Part shown: in pieces, positions 10,668 to 21,548 of the stretch | How the letters are laid out: every line of letters starts with the position of its first letter | Position numbering within the stretch: position 1 is the first letter of the stretch | Virus record (IMG/VR): IMGVR_UViG_3300015214_000026 | Coordinates: 96,001 to 160,000 of that record | Length of the DNA stretch: 64,000 bases | Reading direction: 5' to 3' (one strand) | Source: a virus | Lineage: Duplodnaviria; Caudoviricetes | Program-made: the position numbers and the translations under genes | Notes under the pieces: generated by a model | The model's input: only the letters and a program-made list of their open reading frames with translations | Told to the model about the DNA's origin: nothing | Database searches by the model: none

Positions 10668-12368
10668 TTACTCCGCGCTTGATAAGTCTGTTCTACCAAG
10701 ATATGTACGCCTTGGAGTATACTGCATATCTAACACTACATCATCAATACGGACATAATTATTGTAACCGGCTAATACAGCCATTCCATCCGGTGTTATA
10801 CCAAAAGTAGGTTGTTCTTCACTGGGCTCTTCTTCGTCATCTCCATTTTCATTTTCGTCTTCTTCATCTATAGGTTCTATATTGTTATCGCTAAATTTAA
10901 AGTCAGAAACAAATTCTATTACATTTGAATAATCAAACGTGCTATCAAAATTTCCTTCTAATATAGATATTATATCTGAAGCGTATACGGAATAACCTAA
11001 AATACCGGATTTGGGTTCAGTAAGCTCCTTAATTTTATTGACTAATAATGAACGCAATTCTTCTAATCCAGCTTTCGTATTACAATATACAGTAGCATTA
11101 ACTTTTATTGATAGTATAACTGGATCAGATCGTTCGAATCTAAGCGAAAAGGTTGATCTAGAAGATATATATTCTACAAAGTCTTCCCATTCTGTTTCAG
11201 AAATTAAATTAGTATCGCTGTTAGTTAATAGCGTAACCATTACTACATTCTGAAAGGTTCTTAATCCGGGAGCATATTCCGCTTGACCTCTAAATAAAGC
11301 ATCCCTTATATTAGGGTATTCTAGAGCTATGGCTTTAAAATCCGCTCTTCTAATGCCTACACCGGATGATGCCATAAGATGTGGGCCAATATGTGAATAT
11401 ACATCTAAAGGTACTTCGTTATCTCCGCCAAAAGAGGAAGATATAGTAATACCTTCTACAGTTAAATCCAAAGAGTCTATAACAAAATTAGTTTCGGCGG
11501 GAATTAATGCCGATTCTGAGCCTTTAGTTTCAGCCCATACTATATTAAGGTTATCCCCCGCATTTAATTTCTTAGCATACAGGTCATTACCAAATAGAAT
11601 TTCTACATTTCCAGTTTCCAATGTTTTAGTAAAGAAAACTTCCTGCTTTCTATCTGCCATCCAAGGACGTAGTTTCTTATCATTTTTCCACCATATGTCG
11701 TTAACAGAAACGTATACGTCTTCATCAGAAATAGCGTAATTTTCGTAGCCTATCTGAATACTTTCAAAAGGTATACCTAAAGCTGGTCCTTGCCGAGAGA
11801 AAATAACACCTTGATACAGTATTACTTCCTTCTCCATTTCAAAAACAGTATAATTTATTTCTTCTCTATTAAAGAATAGTTCATTATCTATAGTAATAAT
11901 AGTGAATCTAGGTATCACAAATGGCGTAGTATGATCTGGAATGGTAAGCCTTACTCGGATTCTATTAGGAACTCTACGGCGTATATTAACGCCAAGAAAG
12001 TTCATACCTTGATATATTGTATCTTTAGACGATCCGGGTAAAAGAAAAGCATTTTGTACCGCTCGTACTATAGCAAAATGTAAATACGAAATACCCGCAG
12101 AATAGTTTCTTAATAGCGTCTGTCCTGTTCCTGTATGAACAATGTCTTTCCAAGCTTTATCTGTCTGTAACTCTTGTACAAAAGCATATAAAATATCTTC
12201 AAAATCAGGTTTATCAGATTGAAGCGTAAAATCTTTAGGTAAAGCTTCTTCCAAAGAGGTTTGTAAAGCATTTTCCAAACCTTCTCTGTTAACAGAACTA
12301 AAAAATACAGGATTATTAAGTTGAATATAATCCAACGCTGCTTTAATTAATGTATTAACTACAGACAT
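10668..12368 (-). CDS. Baseplate wedge subunit (T4 gp6/baseplate J-like)
   Basis: F.IPRFT, EILFGND, T.G..S and R.ADFKA motifs typical of gp6-like proteins. Confidence 0.8.
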   Translation of the reverse strand: MSVVNTLIKAALDYIQLNNPVFFSSVNREGLENALQTSLEEALPKDFTLQSDKPDFEDILYAFVQELQTDKAWKDIVHTGTGQTLLRNYSAGISYLHFAIVRAVQNAFLLPGSSKDTIYQGMNFLGVNIRRRVPNRIRVRLTIPDHTTPFVIPRFTIITIDNELFFNREEINYTVFEMEKEVILYQGVIFSRQGPALGIPFESIQIGYENYAISDEDVYVSVNDIWWKNDKKLRPWMADRKQEVFFTKTLETGNVEILFGNDLYAKKLNAGDNLNIVWAETKGSESALIPAETNFVIDSLDLTVEGITISSSFGGDNEVPLDVYSHIGPHLMASSGVGIRRADFKAIALEYPNIRDALFRGQAEYAPGLRTFQNVVMVTLLTNSDTNLISETEWEDFVEYISSRSTFSLRFERSDPVILSIKVNATVYCNTKAGLEELRSLLVNKIKELTEPKSGILGYSVYASDIISILEGNFDSTFDYSNVIEFVSDFKFSDNNIEPIDEEDENENGDDEEEPSEEQPTFGITPDGMAVLAGYNNYVRIDDVVLDMQYTPRRTYLGRTDLSSAE

Positions 12369-12407
12369 ATTAATAAACCTTGTATATAAAATGGTATTTG
12401 CAAAACA

Positions 12408-12848
12408 TTATCGAATTACTTCTTGCCTAAATAACCCAGCAGAACTATCATTTACATTCACATATGTAATTTGAATTAGGTATCCGTCATCAGATTCTAA
12501 AGGTATAACATAACTATCACTGAGAATAACTCTAATGCGATCGCCCATCCAAGTAATTAAAGCTACAATAGTGTCTGTTTCAATATGAAAGGCAGAATAA
12601 ATGTTTATAGGGTCCATTATTCTATAAGGTAAATTAGAGCCATAACCGGGCTCAAAATCTTCTGTTCCTACAGGAGTAGATAACAAATTTTTTATATGGT
12701 TTGTTATAGCTAAATTATTATCAATTAGTAAAGCTGAATGTGCGCGGTTTAATCCATAATCACAATCTACGTCTCTAAATTTAATTTTAGCTGGCGTAAT
12801 AGTAGCTTTAACATTTGGTCTAGCACTATGTAATAACCAATCAGACAT
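12408..12848 (-). CDS. Baseplate wedge protein (T4 gp25/gpW-like)
   Basis: AI.NHIKNLLSTPVGTE.F.P.YGS.L signature. Confidence 0.85.
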   Translation of the reverse strand: MSDWLLHSARPNVKATITPAKIKFRDVDCDYGLNRAHSALLIDNNLAITNHIKNLLSTPVGTEDFEPGYGSNLPYRIMDPINIYSAFHIETDTIVALITWMGDRIRVILSDSYVIPLESDDGYLIQITYVNVNDSSAGLFRQEVIR

Positions 12849-12859
12849 AGTATCAACCT

Positions 12860-13516
12860 TCAATAAGATATTTGATTTGATTTATCAGGTATCTGTGGCC
12901 TTTGTCTAGGAGACACACCACCGGCTTCTTCACCATTATTTAAATGAACTTCTTGTCCGTTTATATAAACCTTACCTTTACACGCAATATGTATATCGCC
13001 TTGAGCTACAAGATACATATCAGAAGCAGAAGCAATAGACTTAGTACCATCAGCGGAAGTATGCTCGGTAGTACCTGATTTATGAACATGATCTATAGTT
13101 TCTTTTTCAGAATTTACATTGTACCTATTACCAGCGTCATCGATTGTTCCTCTACTATGAGGATAATTTTCTTCATCTTTCAGCAATTCATTATCTTTAT
13201 TCACATCATCTGTAGTAGGCGAACCGGAATATCTGGGATTATGAGGATCATTATCGTCTAAACGAAAATACACCTTGCTGTATAAAACAGGGACATTTAC
13301 TGAACCTGCTCCAGCTCCAGCATTAGCTCTACCCTGTGTAGTATCTGGAATACACCACGGCAAATCTGAATCTTCAACGTTGCGATGTAATTGTGCACAA
13401 CGTATTTTTACTCGTTGGCGCTTTTCAGGATCATTATTATCTATAACATACCCAACTAAATCGTTTTTCGCAAGTTTTGGTCTAAAGGTTTGCCCAATAG
13501 GAAGTAAACTAGGCAT
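12860..13516 (-). CDS. Baseplate central spike (gp5/gpV OB-fold)
   Basis: G.VIDNNDPE..RVKIR, LPW, VP...SKV and HKSGT motifs. Confidence 0.85.
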   Translation of the reverse strand: MPSLLPIGQTFRPKLAKNDLVGYVIDNNDPEKRQRVKIRCAQLHRNVEDSDLPWCIPDTTQGRANAGAGAGSVNVPVLYSKVYFRLDDNDPHNPRYSGSPTTDDVNKDNELLKDEENYPHSRGTIDDAGNRYNVNSEKETIDHVHKSGTTEHTSADGTKSIASASDMYLVAQGDIHIACKGKVYINGQEVHLNNGEEAGGVSPRQRPQIPDKSNQISY

Positions 13517-13528
13517 TATTTAATTCTC

Positions 13529-14632
13529 CTATTGTGGACCTTGAGTAGTTAATACTAATTTTTCCATAAATCTACCACCTATAATAGTTTTAGTTATGGC
13601 GGTAACTATGTATTTACCGGATAGATGTTTGGCTTCTTTACCGTTTCCAGAATTTAACGGTCTGAATGTTGGCGTATCTAATAATTCTAGTTTAGTAGGT
13701 ATATCAGTAAGTACTTCTACATCAAAAGAATATGTAGAAAGTATTCTAGGATTTTGATGAATACCTTCATACCACTTTTCATGAGTATTGCCAGCCAAAG
13801 GCGCTAAAGCATTAATACGCATACCCAATGAACCTATAGTATCTTTTATTCCAGACATTATAGAAGTGGCGTTAGACATTAGTTTAACTGCGACATCGTT
13901 CCCTTCAAATATACTACCATCCATATTCATGCCTATAGATGTAGAGCCATAACCATGACTAGCATTAGGGGAATTAGCTTTAGCAGAAGTAACCCAATGT
14001 AATATATGATGCCCCCATTCTGGATTAGACGAAAGAGTCATACCGCCTCCAGCAATTAAAGAACTTAATTTCTTTAATCTTAATTTACCTGTATCAGTTA
14101 TTGCCATTATTAATGCGTCACCGTCTCCTGCGAACGATCGTTGTAATAGATGATTAGCATAACCTACAAAAGGCAGCCTATTAGGCAACCATGTCATATC
14201 ATCCATAGAATCGTCAGAATCTACAGATAAACCAACTTCTCCAGCTAATTGTTGAATAACCGAGGCAGCAGTACCTTTATAGGGTTTATCTACCATTTTT
14301 CTTAGCCAACCAATATTATCTAATATAGCATTAAATTCTATTACATTGCCAGAACCATACGGATGTACTTTTGGTGAACCTGAAACTATAAAATTTAATC
14401 CAGAATACATATGCTTGCCAGGATTACCTATAGATATTTGTATTTTATCACCATCGTTCATTAAAGCGTCTAAACTTTCTCCTGTAGTATCAGTAAATCC
14501 TATATGAAGTGAAGGCAATGCTTGTTGTACATTTGATACCAGATTAAAGCTCTTAATAGTAGTTACGTCGAGATTTAAATCTCTACCGTTAACCAGAACT
14601 TCTATTCCCCATATTCCTCGAACACCACGCAT
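13529..14632 (-). CDS. Baseplate hub protein (gp27-like)
   Basis: 367 aa upstream of the spike; C-terminal LSGKYIVTAI motif. Confidence 0.7.
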   Translation of the reverse strand: MRGVRGIWGIEVLVNGRDLNLDVTTIKSFNLVSNVQQALPSLHIGFTDTTGESLDALMNDGDKIQISIGNPGKHMYSGLNFIVSGSPKVHPYGSGNVIEFNAILDNIGWLRKMVDKPYKGTAASVIQQLAGEVGLSVDSDDSMDDMTWLPNRLPFVGYANHLLQRSFAGDGDALIMAITDTGKLRLKKLSSLIAGGGMTLSSNPEWGHHILHWVTSAKANSPNASHGYGSTSIGMNMDGSIFEGNDVAVKLMSNATSIMSGIKDTIGSLGMRINALAPLAGNTHEKWYEGIHQNPRILSTYSFDVEVLTDIPTKLELLDTPTFRPLNSGNGKEAKHLSGKYIVTAITKTIIGGRFMEKLVLTTQGPQ

Positions 14633-14640
14633 ATTATTAC

Positions 14641-15027
14641 CTAAATTATAATTGTTTTTCCAACACGACTTTCTACTTGCTCTTGTATTATAGCCGTAAT
14701 AGATGTTGTATCAGGCAATAGTATAATTTCTTTATTAGGTATTTCATCTTGATGAATATATTTAGAACAAGCTAATATTAAATACCATAAAGAAGTCGTA
14801 CCATATATTTTTTTACTAACTGTGGTTAATGCTTCTGAATTATGTGTATATTCTATGGTTCTAGGTAATTTAAGTAATTGAATAAATTTTGGATTACATG
14901 GGTTTATCCATGATTCTGAAGACTCTAGTATAGAAGAAAGTCTAAATGGTTTATATGTGCCAGTGGATAAAAAAGAATAAAGCTTCTCTATATTTTCTTT
15001 ATTTTTAATGTCATCTTGAAAAAGCAT
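14641..15027 (-). CDS. Baseplate wedge LysM-like protein (gp53/gpX-like)
   Basis: L..VS.KIYG...LW.LI...I.LP pattern. Confidence 0.75.
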   Translation of the reverse strand: MLFQDDIKNKENIEKLYSFLSTGTYKPFRLSSILESSESWINPCNPKFIQLLKLPRTIEYTHNSEALTTVSKKIYGTTSLWYLILACSKYIHQDEIPNKEIILLPDTTSITAIIQEQVESRVGKTIII

Positions 15028-15030
15028 AGT

Positions 15031-15693
15031 TTACCCCTCATATCCCATGGCGGCCATCCAATCTTTATGCCCATAAACAATAGGTGTTCTAAATACTAAA
15101 TCAATTTGTCCACTAATAGGATAACCGCGATTATCTAATCTAGCATCAAATATGGCATTAGCGGATACAAGTATACAATTAATAAACATCATCATACGAC
15201 CAATTTTTACGTGAATGCCATAACCGCCCTCGGAATCAGACCATAGGCCTACGTCCGGTCCGGGTGGAGCTAGTAATCCAAGTGAATTATGAACAGGGAA
15301 TATAAGACTTTGCAATTTAACTATAGGCTCATATACATCTTTTAAACCACTGCGTTCAGCGTCAAATAAAACAGTAAGAGGTATCTCAACTGGAGACGTG
15401 CCGGTCCACATTTGGAAAGTTAAACCCTGTACTATAGGATTAAACCCTAATACATTTGTTACCGCTTCAGTAGCACCACCACCTAAAGGAGAAACTGCTG
15501 ACCAAGCTTGCGCTATACTAGAAGGAAGTCGACTTTCCCAATCAGAAGACGTAGCGATATTAAGCTGTTCAGGCATATCTACTTGAATACCAAGATTATG
15601 CCCAGGACACCATATATCGATTAAATAATAAGGATTATCAGTTTTAGCTATCTTATAGCTACTATTTACGTCTGTAATTCTAGGAGTAGCCAT
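15031..15693 (-). CDS. Tail tube initiator/baseplate-tube junction protein (gp48/gp54-like)
   Basis: Between tape measure and LysM protein; W.G.SP and GYP.SG.I.L.F motifs. Confidence 0.6.
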   Translation of the reverse strand: MATPRITDVNSSYKIAKTDNPYYLIDIWCPGHNLGIQVDMPEQLNIATSSDWESRLPSSIAQAWSAVSPLGGGATEAVTNVLGFNPIVQGLTFQMWTGTSPVEIPLTVLFDAERSGLKDVYEPIVKLQSLIFPVHNSLGLLAPPGPDVGLWSDSEGGYGIHVKIGRMMMFINCILVSANAIFDARLDNRGYPISGQIDLVFRTPIVYGHKDWMAAMGYEG

Positions 15694-15694
15694 G

Positions 15695-18600
15695 TTAATT
15701 ACTCATATGATGATAAAGTAAAGGATACATTAATTCTGGGTCGGCGTAATGTGGTACAGATGTAGGATTAACTTCTACTGTTGAAGCGGGGTTAGTAGGA
15801 GCCGGGGTATTCATAGTAGGTACGTTTTGAGAAAAATCTACTGATGGGGGAATTGTAATACCGTCTGAAGCGGCTATAATAGCAGATTCGGGGTTAACAT
15901 TAGGTCTAATCTTTTCTGCTGCTACATGGGCAACAGCAGATTCATGAGCACTATTAATACGGTCTTGTATAACTGATCCAGTAGCAGAATTTTGATATAA
16001 TCCACTACCCAATCTATCTCCCTTTAAGGAAGCTTGACTCTTAGTACCATCAGGGTTATCAGAAGCAGTTGCTTTATTTATACCGAATATAGAACCTAAT
16101 CCACTACCTTGAGAATAGTGAGAAACCATATCTTCATGAGATTTAGCACTGATTGATGCTATCTCAACTTGAATAGGTTTCATGCCAGGGCCTTGCGGTA
16201 CTAATTCCGGCATAATTCCCTTCCTACCCGCTTTTAAAGCTGCTAATTGTGCGGGCGTAGTTCTACCACCATAATCCCAATAATTATTCTTTCTTTCCGA
16301 CCAATGTTGATCTAGATGAATACCGCCTCTGCCAGAGCCATCTTGATTCATTTCTAAACCAACCCCGCCGTACTTATTAGCTAACCAATACTGTGATATT
16401 GGTGCCAATTCATCACCCTTTAATACCCTACCATCTGGTCCTTTAATGCGAACATCGGCGGCTTTTCCATCATCATGCCTAAATGACCCTGTACGCCTAC
16501 GGCCTGTTTGTCCTCCACTATAAACTTCTACAGAGTATCCTTCACCATACACACTACTAACCGCAGTTTGTAACTTATTATTAAGCTCATCTGTAATAGC
16601 TTTGTTACGCGTAGCAGATTGATTCTGCATATTAACAGCGATCTGAGACGCAGAACCACCGCCCGGAATATCCTGTAATTTAGTAGATAATCCTATAGAA
16701 TCAGGATTCATCAAACCAGCGTATAATGTAGGAGAAACAGTTTCTCCGCTTCCTGCTATAGCTTTACCTTGATTATAAAAGTTATTTCTGTTACTTATAC
16801 CACCAGCCCTATATTTAGGATCGTCAATACGCCACTGAATATAATCTCTACCTATTTGATCCATAGCAGTATTAGGATCAACATTTTCACTGCTAAGATA
16901 TTTAGCTAATTCAGGATTACTGTTACCTTTTCGTCCAACACCCTTTTCCATTTCATTTCGAAGGAATCTCGCTTGGGCGTCAAGAGAAGCCTGTGATTTA
17001 ACTATGTTACCGCTAGAATCCAGTAAGCCTTGTTCTCCTAGATACTTCCTTAAATTTTCCCCTCGATTACCTTGCCAGCTTATAAATCCAGCGTTAACCG
17101 CTTTATTATGTGGGTCATAATGCGTTCCAAACATATATTTAGACTGAAAAGCATTTTCTCTGCCAACTTCACCAACTAATGCTAGCGAACCTTCATGAGA
17201 GAATCCAGCATTACGAAATGCGTCGTACGTCCCTTTTATTAAATCGCTTCTACTAGCATCTTCATATGTACGGTTAGGATCATTTCTACGCGACATTGCT
17301 GGCTTTGTAGACATTATTTGATTATAACTACCGGCGGAACCAGTAAATCCTTTAGGTGTATAATCGCTATAACCTACACCATCAAATGTTGACCAACCTT
17401 GAGAAGCTTTACTATCTCCTGGCTTTATAGATAACTTTCTATCTAATAATGGATTACCTGTTATAATTTGGTTTTTGGGTACGCCACCAATAGAATGAGA
17501 AGGATCATAACCTACGCTCTTACTGTGAGAATCGGGTAAAGCGGGAGCTTTTAATACGGGTGATGGCCCTATATTATGTCCTTGATCGCCAGGTATACCC
17601 ATACTCTGACCTGGCAATAATCCATTTAATCTATCTAAATCTAGTTTCCTACCTTCTCTATGATCTAATTCTAATTTCTTAAAATTAGTATCTAAATTCT
17701 TAGATAATGCTTCAGTTTGTTCATCTAATTTTTCAGTAATTGGATTAAATAATTTATCATATACTCTACTCCAACTACTACCTATTTCGTTACCCGCAGC
17801 ACCTAATAACCCCCTACGGCCTAGATTAGTTTTGTATCCAGCTTTTCCAGTCGCCCAATCTATAATTGACCCTAATCCATGATCGTAATCTTCAAATAAT
17901 TGTGAGAAATTTGTAGCCGCCCCCGGCCCTAAAGCTGCTCCAGAACTGGCTAATGATTTACTAGCTTGACCAAAGGTTATAAAGTCTAAAATTGACCCAA
18001 TGGTAGACCCTTGAGCGGCAGTAATTTTATTACCTAATCCTAAATTTTTAGTAGTTTTTAATTCAGACTTAGGGTCTATGGTCATTAAATTATAAGCCCC
18101 TAAACCTAAAGCTCCTACTGCCCCCGCCTTACCTAATCCAGCCTTCATTATCGCCGGCGCAAATTTTGTACCTACTGCCAGTCCACCTCGACCTAATGAT
18201 AGCGCACCTCTACCAACCATACCCGCACCTCTGGTAAGCACGGATAGAGTTGATGTAAATATACCTGATAATCCAGCAACTATACCAGCGACACCAGCTA
18301 AACCAGTCTTTACAAGTCCGGCGGAACTAGAAGCAGCGGATTTAGCTATAGTAGAAGATGCTCCTTTTAACCCCGCTCCGGTTGAATCAAAAATACCAGT
18401 AATAGAACGTCGGGCAGTACCTCCCCAGCGACGCATAGATTTATGTATGGCATCTTGAGTATGTTTAGTCTGAAGTTGAGTTACTTTTCTTTGTCTAAGT
18501 TCATGCGCATTTTGACGAATACGCTCTGCTCTATCCATTCTAGCTTGTCTAGAACGTTCTACTCTAGCTTCAGAACGCCTCTTAGCCTCATCTCTTTGAT

Positions 18601-19093
18601 AATTTCTATCATCAAAGGTAGAAGCTCTGGCTCTCCTATCTTGACGACGTTGGGTTCTACCCATACGTCCTCGCATACCCGATCCGTCACAACAACAGTA
18701 AGAGTGCATACCTCTAGCACCATTACTATTGCGCTTCATAAAATCTTCAAATTTCTTTAATGCATTTGGTATTACATTTGGTTTGAATATCTTTAATAAT
18801 TGATACCCATAGAAACCATATCGTACTAATTTCAAAAGATTACCAGTAAAAGTCTCACTGGCCATCACTTTGGTATGCTTGGCGATATGCTTAAGATGTT
18901 CTTCCGAATTTAACGCGGATTTTAATAAATGAGCTTGAAAAACCCTAGTAGATTCATCAAGCCTATCTATCTTATTCTTGGTTTGCTTTACTTCGACCGA
19001 TTCTTTATAAGCGGCAGCCCGTTCTTCGGTAGAAGACCTACCGTTCATTAAGTCTTTTATTCGATCGCTGTATAAACCATTAGCAGTAGCCAT
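15695..19093 (-). CDS. Tape measure protein with a phage-tail-lysozyme domain and an M15-like peptidase domain
   Basis: 1132 aa with a G/A-rich helical region; AGFS...ALVGEVGREN...ISWQG.R (tail lysozyme); RHDDGKAAD...GIHLD (LAS-type Zn peptidase). Confidence 0.8.
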   Translation of the reverse strand: MATANGLYSDRIKDLMNGRSSTEERAAAYKESVEVKQTKNKIDRLDESTRVFQAHLLKSALNSEEHLKHIAKHTKVMASETFTGNLLKLVRYGFYGYQLLKIFKPNVIPNALKKFEDFMKRNSNGARGMHSYCCCDGSGMRGRMGRTQRRQDRRARASTFDDRNYQRDEAKRRSEARVERSRQARMDRAERIRQNAHELRQRKVTQLQTKHTQDAIHKSMRRWGGTARRSITGIFDSTGAGLKGASSTIAKSAASSSAGLVKTGLAGVAGIVAGLSGIFTSTLSVLTRGAGMVGRGALSLGRGGLAVGTKFAPAIMKAGLGKAGAVGALGLGAYNLMTIDPKSELKTTKNLGLGNKITAAQGSTIGSILDFITFGQASKSLASSGAALGPGAATNFSQLFEDYDHGLGSIIDWATGKAGYKTNLGRRGLLGAAGNEIGSSWSRVYDKLFNPITEKLDEQTEALSKNLDTNFKKLELDHREGRKLDLDRLNGLLPGQSMGIPGDQGHNIGPSPVLKAPALPDSHSKSVGYDPSHSIGGVPKNQIITGNPLLDRKLSIKPGDSKASQGWSTFDGVGYSDYTPKGFTGSAGSYNQIMSTKPAMSRRNDPNRTYEDASRSDLIKGTYDAFRNAGFSHEGSLALVGEVGRENAFQSKYMFGTHYDPHNKAVNAGFISWQGNRGENLRKYLGEQGLLDSSGNIVKSQASLDAQARFLRNEMEKGVGRKGNSNPELAKYLSSENVDPNTAMDQIGRDYIQWRIDDPKYRAGGISNRNNFYNQGKAIAGSGETVSPTLYAGLMNPDSIGLSTKLQDIPGGGSASQIAVNMQNQSATRNKAITDELNNKLQTAVSSVYGEGYSVEVYSGGQTGRRRTGSFRHDDGKAADVRIKGPDGRVLKGDELAPISQYWLANKYGGVGLEMNQDGSGRGGIHLDQHWSERKNNYWDYGGRTTPAQLAALKAGRKGIMPELVPQGPGMKPIQVEIASISAKSHEDMVSHYSQGSGLGSIFGINKATASDNPDGTKSQASLKGDRLGSGLYQNSATGSVIQDRINSAHESAVAHVAAEKIRPNVNPESAIIAASDGITIPPSVDFSQNVPTMNTPAPTNPASTVEVNPTSVPHYADPELMYPLLYHHMSN

Positions 19094-19096
19094 ATT

Positions 19097-19358
19097 CTAT
19101 CGCCTTTTTAATATAGCTTGCATCATTTGAGCTTGTTGTTTCATCATCTGTCCAATAGCATCTACTAATACCTTCATATTACCCATGTGTTTAACAGGAA
19201 AAGGATCAATACTATCAGAGTTTCTGCTGTCCATAACTAGTTTTTGATAATGGTGGAAAAATTTAATAGCCGGATCACTATTTTGTATATGTATTCCTCT
19301 ATATTTTGCTAAATCATAACATATGTCTAACAAAAATATAGGATCATACAGAGGGAAA
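19097..19358 (-). CDS. Tail assembly chaperone second ORF (T4 gp51/lambda gpT-like position); start uncertain, possibly a frameshift extension
   Basis: Overlaps the end of the upstream chaperone in the +1 frame; no convincing RBS or start. Confidence 0.5.
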
Positions 19359-20462
19359 GAAATCAGTCGAGGTAATAGACACCTCAACTACCTCCTCTTT
19401 AGCTTCAACCTTCTCACCCTTATCAAGCTTATCCTGTATTTCATTTGCTTCGTTTTCTAACTCTTCCGCTAACGATAGAAAAGTAAGTATCTGCTCATCA
19501 AATTCAGAAGAATGTGCTACTGTAGGTATATTAACTACTCGCTCGCGTATTTCTTTAGCTTTATTTCTAAAGAATTTAATTGCGTCTTCTGGTTTAAATT
19601 TAGGGTCTTTAAACCTTACTGATTCTACTACGCCATGAGAAATCAACTCTGAAAAAGATTCAATTTCCGGTATAGCGGCTAATCCTAACTCATCATTAAT
19701 CTTATCAATTTTCTTTTGCGCATAGTCTTCGTAGTCATCGTCTTCATCTTTTGGAAGATACACATATTGAGCATATTCAAGCAGATATCTAACATCCTCC
19801 GAAACACTATCCCCAAATAAAAGCTCCATGTCTCGTACACGAGGAAAAGTATAACCCTTAGCCTTCCATTCTTCATATTCTTTCTTGGACATTTCCAGTT
19901 CTTTAATATCCAATTCCGACTGTCTAACAGTAATATCCACAGCATTACCGTATCTAGAAGTATACTTAAATTTCAAAGGAGACTTAGGATAACTGTTATC
20001 GCGAATCCAATACATAATAAAAGTAAGATCAGGGGGCGTAAGGTCACGAATATCGACCGATATACACGCATTTAGAGCATCCAATAGCATTGTATAGGAT
20101 TTATTAACATTCGCCGCATGAATTTTGCCAAGCATAACAAATTCTAGCGGTCTAAGAAATACTTCTTTGAAATCGTAAGGAATACAGTGAGACGGAAGCT
20201 CTTGTCTAACCCATTCATCGCTTAACTTAGAGGTAGCCTTAGCTTCAGGTATCTCGTTGTCTTCTAATGCTTTAGGTTGAATTACATATACTTCTTCTGG
20301 CTGGTCTTCTTCTGGTAAATCCGCTAGAGGACTAGCATATTTCTTCTTATTTTCCATCTCTGTAAATGGATTTTTAGGCGTATTTTCAGGCTCTGGTCGT
20401 GATATAGAGGCCTTACTAGGAGAATCAATAGTAAAATCATCTTCTACAGGGAATCGCTTCAT
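19344..20462 (-). CDS. Tail assembly chaperone (T4 gp26-like)
   Basis: LPS...Y, LRP, DL...D..FI...IR..SY motifs; ends DFFP; between tube and tape measure genes. Confidence 0.7.
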   Translation of the reverse strand: MKRFPVEDDFTIDSPSKASISRPEPENTPKNPFTEMENKKKYASPLADLPEEDQPEEVYVIQPKALEDNEIPEAKATSKLSDEWVRQELPSHCIPYDFKEVFLRPLEFVMLGKIHAANVNKSYTMLLDALNACISVDIRDLTPPDLTFIMYWIRDNSYPKSPLKFKYTSRYGNAVDITVRQSELDIKELEMSKKEYEEWKAKGYTFPRVRDMELLFGDSVSEDVRYLLEYAQYVYLPKDEDDDYEDYAQKKIDKINDELGLAAIPEIESFSELISHGVVESVRFKDPKFKPEDAIKFFRNKAKEIRERVVNIPTVAHSSEFDEQILTFLSLAEELENEANEIQDKLDKGEKVEAKEEVVEVSITSTDFFPSV

Positions 20463-20501
20463 GATGATTATTTCCTTATATTTGTTAGTATTTTGTTATT
20501 A

Positions 20502-20990
20502 TTAATCTTGTTGATCTACGCCATCTACACTAAATAGACAAGCAGTTTGTATTCGTCCTTCTTCGTCTTCATGTGTTAGATTATAAGGTATTTTATCAGT
20601 AGGCCAGCATCCACGTATATGATAAGTCAATATAGGGGAATTAGATGTAAGGCTATACATATACGCATACATAGATTTCTTGTATTCAGAAGGTAATCCA
20701 AATGTACCATTAGACCTATAGATTTGTTTACGCCAATTATTTAACCATCTGGTAACTTGAAAATCATGGGTTTCATAAAAAACTACAGTAACGCCATCTA
20801 TATCTCTAAAATCAGGATAAAAGCGTTGAGTACCTTGAAAATGTCTTCCTTTAGGTTGGTTTTTATCAAAAGGAAGCTCTACTGTTTCTGCTATACAATG
20901 ATAGGGGCCTTCTACATCTGGTACAGATAAAAACCATCTACTAACTAGGGCGGGGTCTTTTATGTTAATAGCGCTAGTGAAGTTTAACAC
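20502..20990 (-). CDS. Tail tube-like protein (gp19/gp54 family)
   Basis: V.LP, FYET.D..V..W...W, GCWP motifs. Confidence 0.7.
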   Translation of the reverse strand: MLNFTSAINIKDPALVSRWFLSVPDVEGPYHCIAETVELPFDKNQPKGRHFQGTQRFYPDFRDIDGVTVVFYETHDFQVTRWLNNWRKQIYRSNGTFGLPSEYKKSMYAYMYSLTSNSPILTYHIRGCWPTDKIPYNLTHEDEEGRIQTACLFSVDGVDQQD

Positions 20991-20991
20991 T

Positions 20992-21537
20992 TTAACCTCT
21001 CATAGCATTATACAAATCATTTACATTTCCAGATGTACCATCAATATCTACTTGATCCACATTAAATGTAACTTGAAATTCAACAGGATTAGAATTATCA
21101 GAGGTAGCTTCTGGAAACGTAATAACAACGGGGAACATATTTATTAATTTTGCTTCAAAAGCGTATTCACCTACTGTATTAACCATTTTAAAAATACCAT
21201 CAGCGGCATATTGTTGTTTTAATAAAGAAGTACCATCCGCTGGATTTCTTACTAATTTATACCAAGAGAATATTGATTTAATGTTGTCTCCGGTACTTAG
21301 CTCATAGAAACTACAATTCAATGTATTATCAAAAGCGAGACCGCCTCTAAATCCTATGTTGTGACCTAGTAATTTGGCCCTAACATGACCAACGCCCACA
21401 GTGGGCAAAGTCACTTGAGTATTAGATAACATTAGATTTTTAGCATTTATAACTGATATGCTAGGAAAATAGAGTTCATGCCTACCTCCACCTAATATAT
21501 CCGGTAATGAATTTAATTCTGAAAATTTTACAGCCAT
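20992..21537 (-). CDS. Tail tube-like protein (gp19 family)
   Basis: VTLP, N.FP, EF.VTF..D motifs. Confidence 0.75.
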   Translation of the reverse strand: MAVKFSELNSLPDILGGGRHELYFPSISVINAKNLMLSNTQVTLPTVGVGHVRAKLLGHNIGFRGGLAFDNTLNCSFYELSTGDNIKSIFSWYKLVRNPADGTSLLKQQYAADGIFKMVNTVGEYAFEAKLINMFPVVITFPEATSDNSNPVEFQVTFNVDQVDIDGTSGNVNDLYNAMRG

Positions 21538-21548
21538 AGCACAAATAA

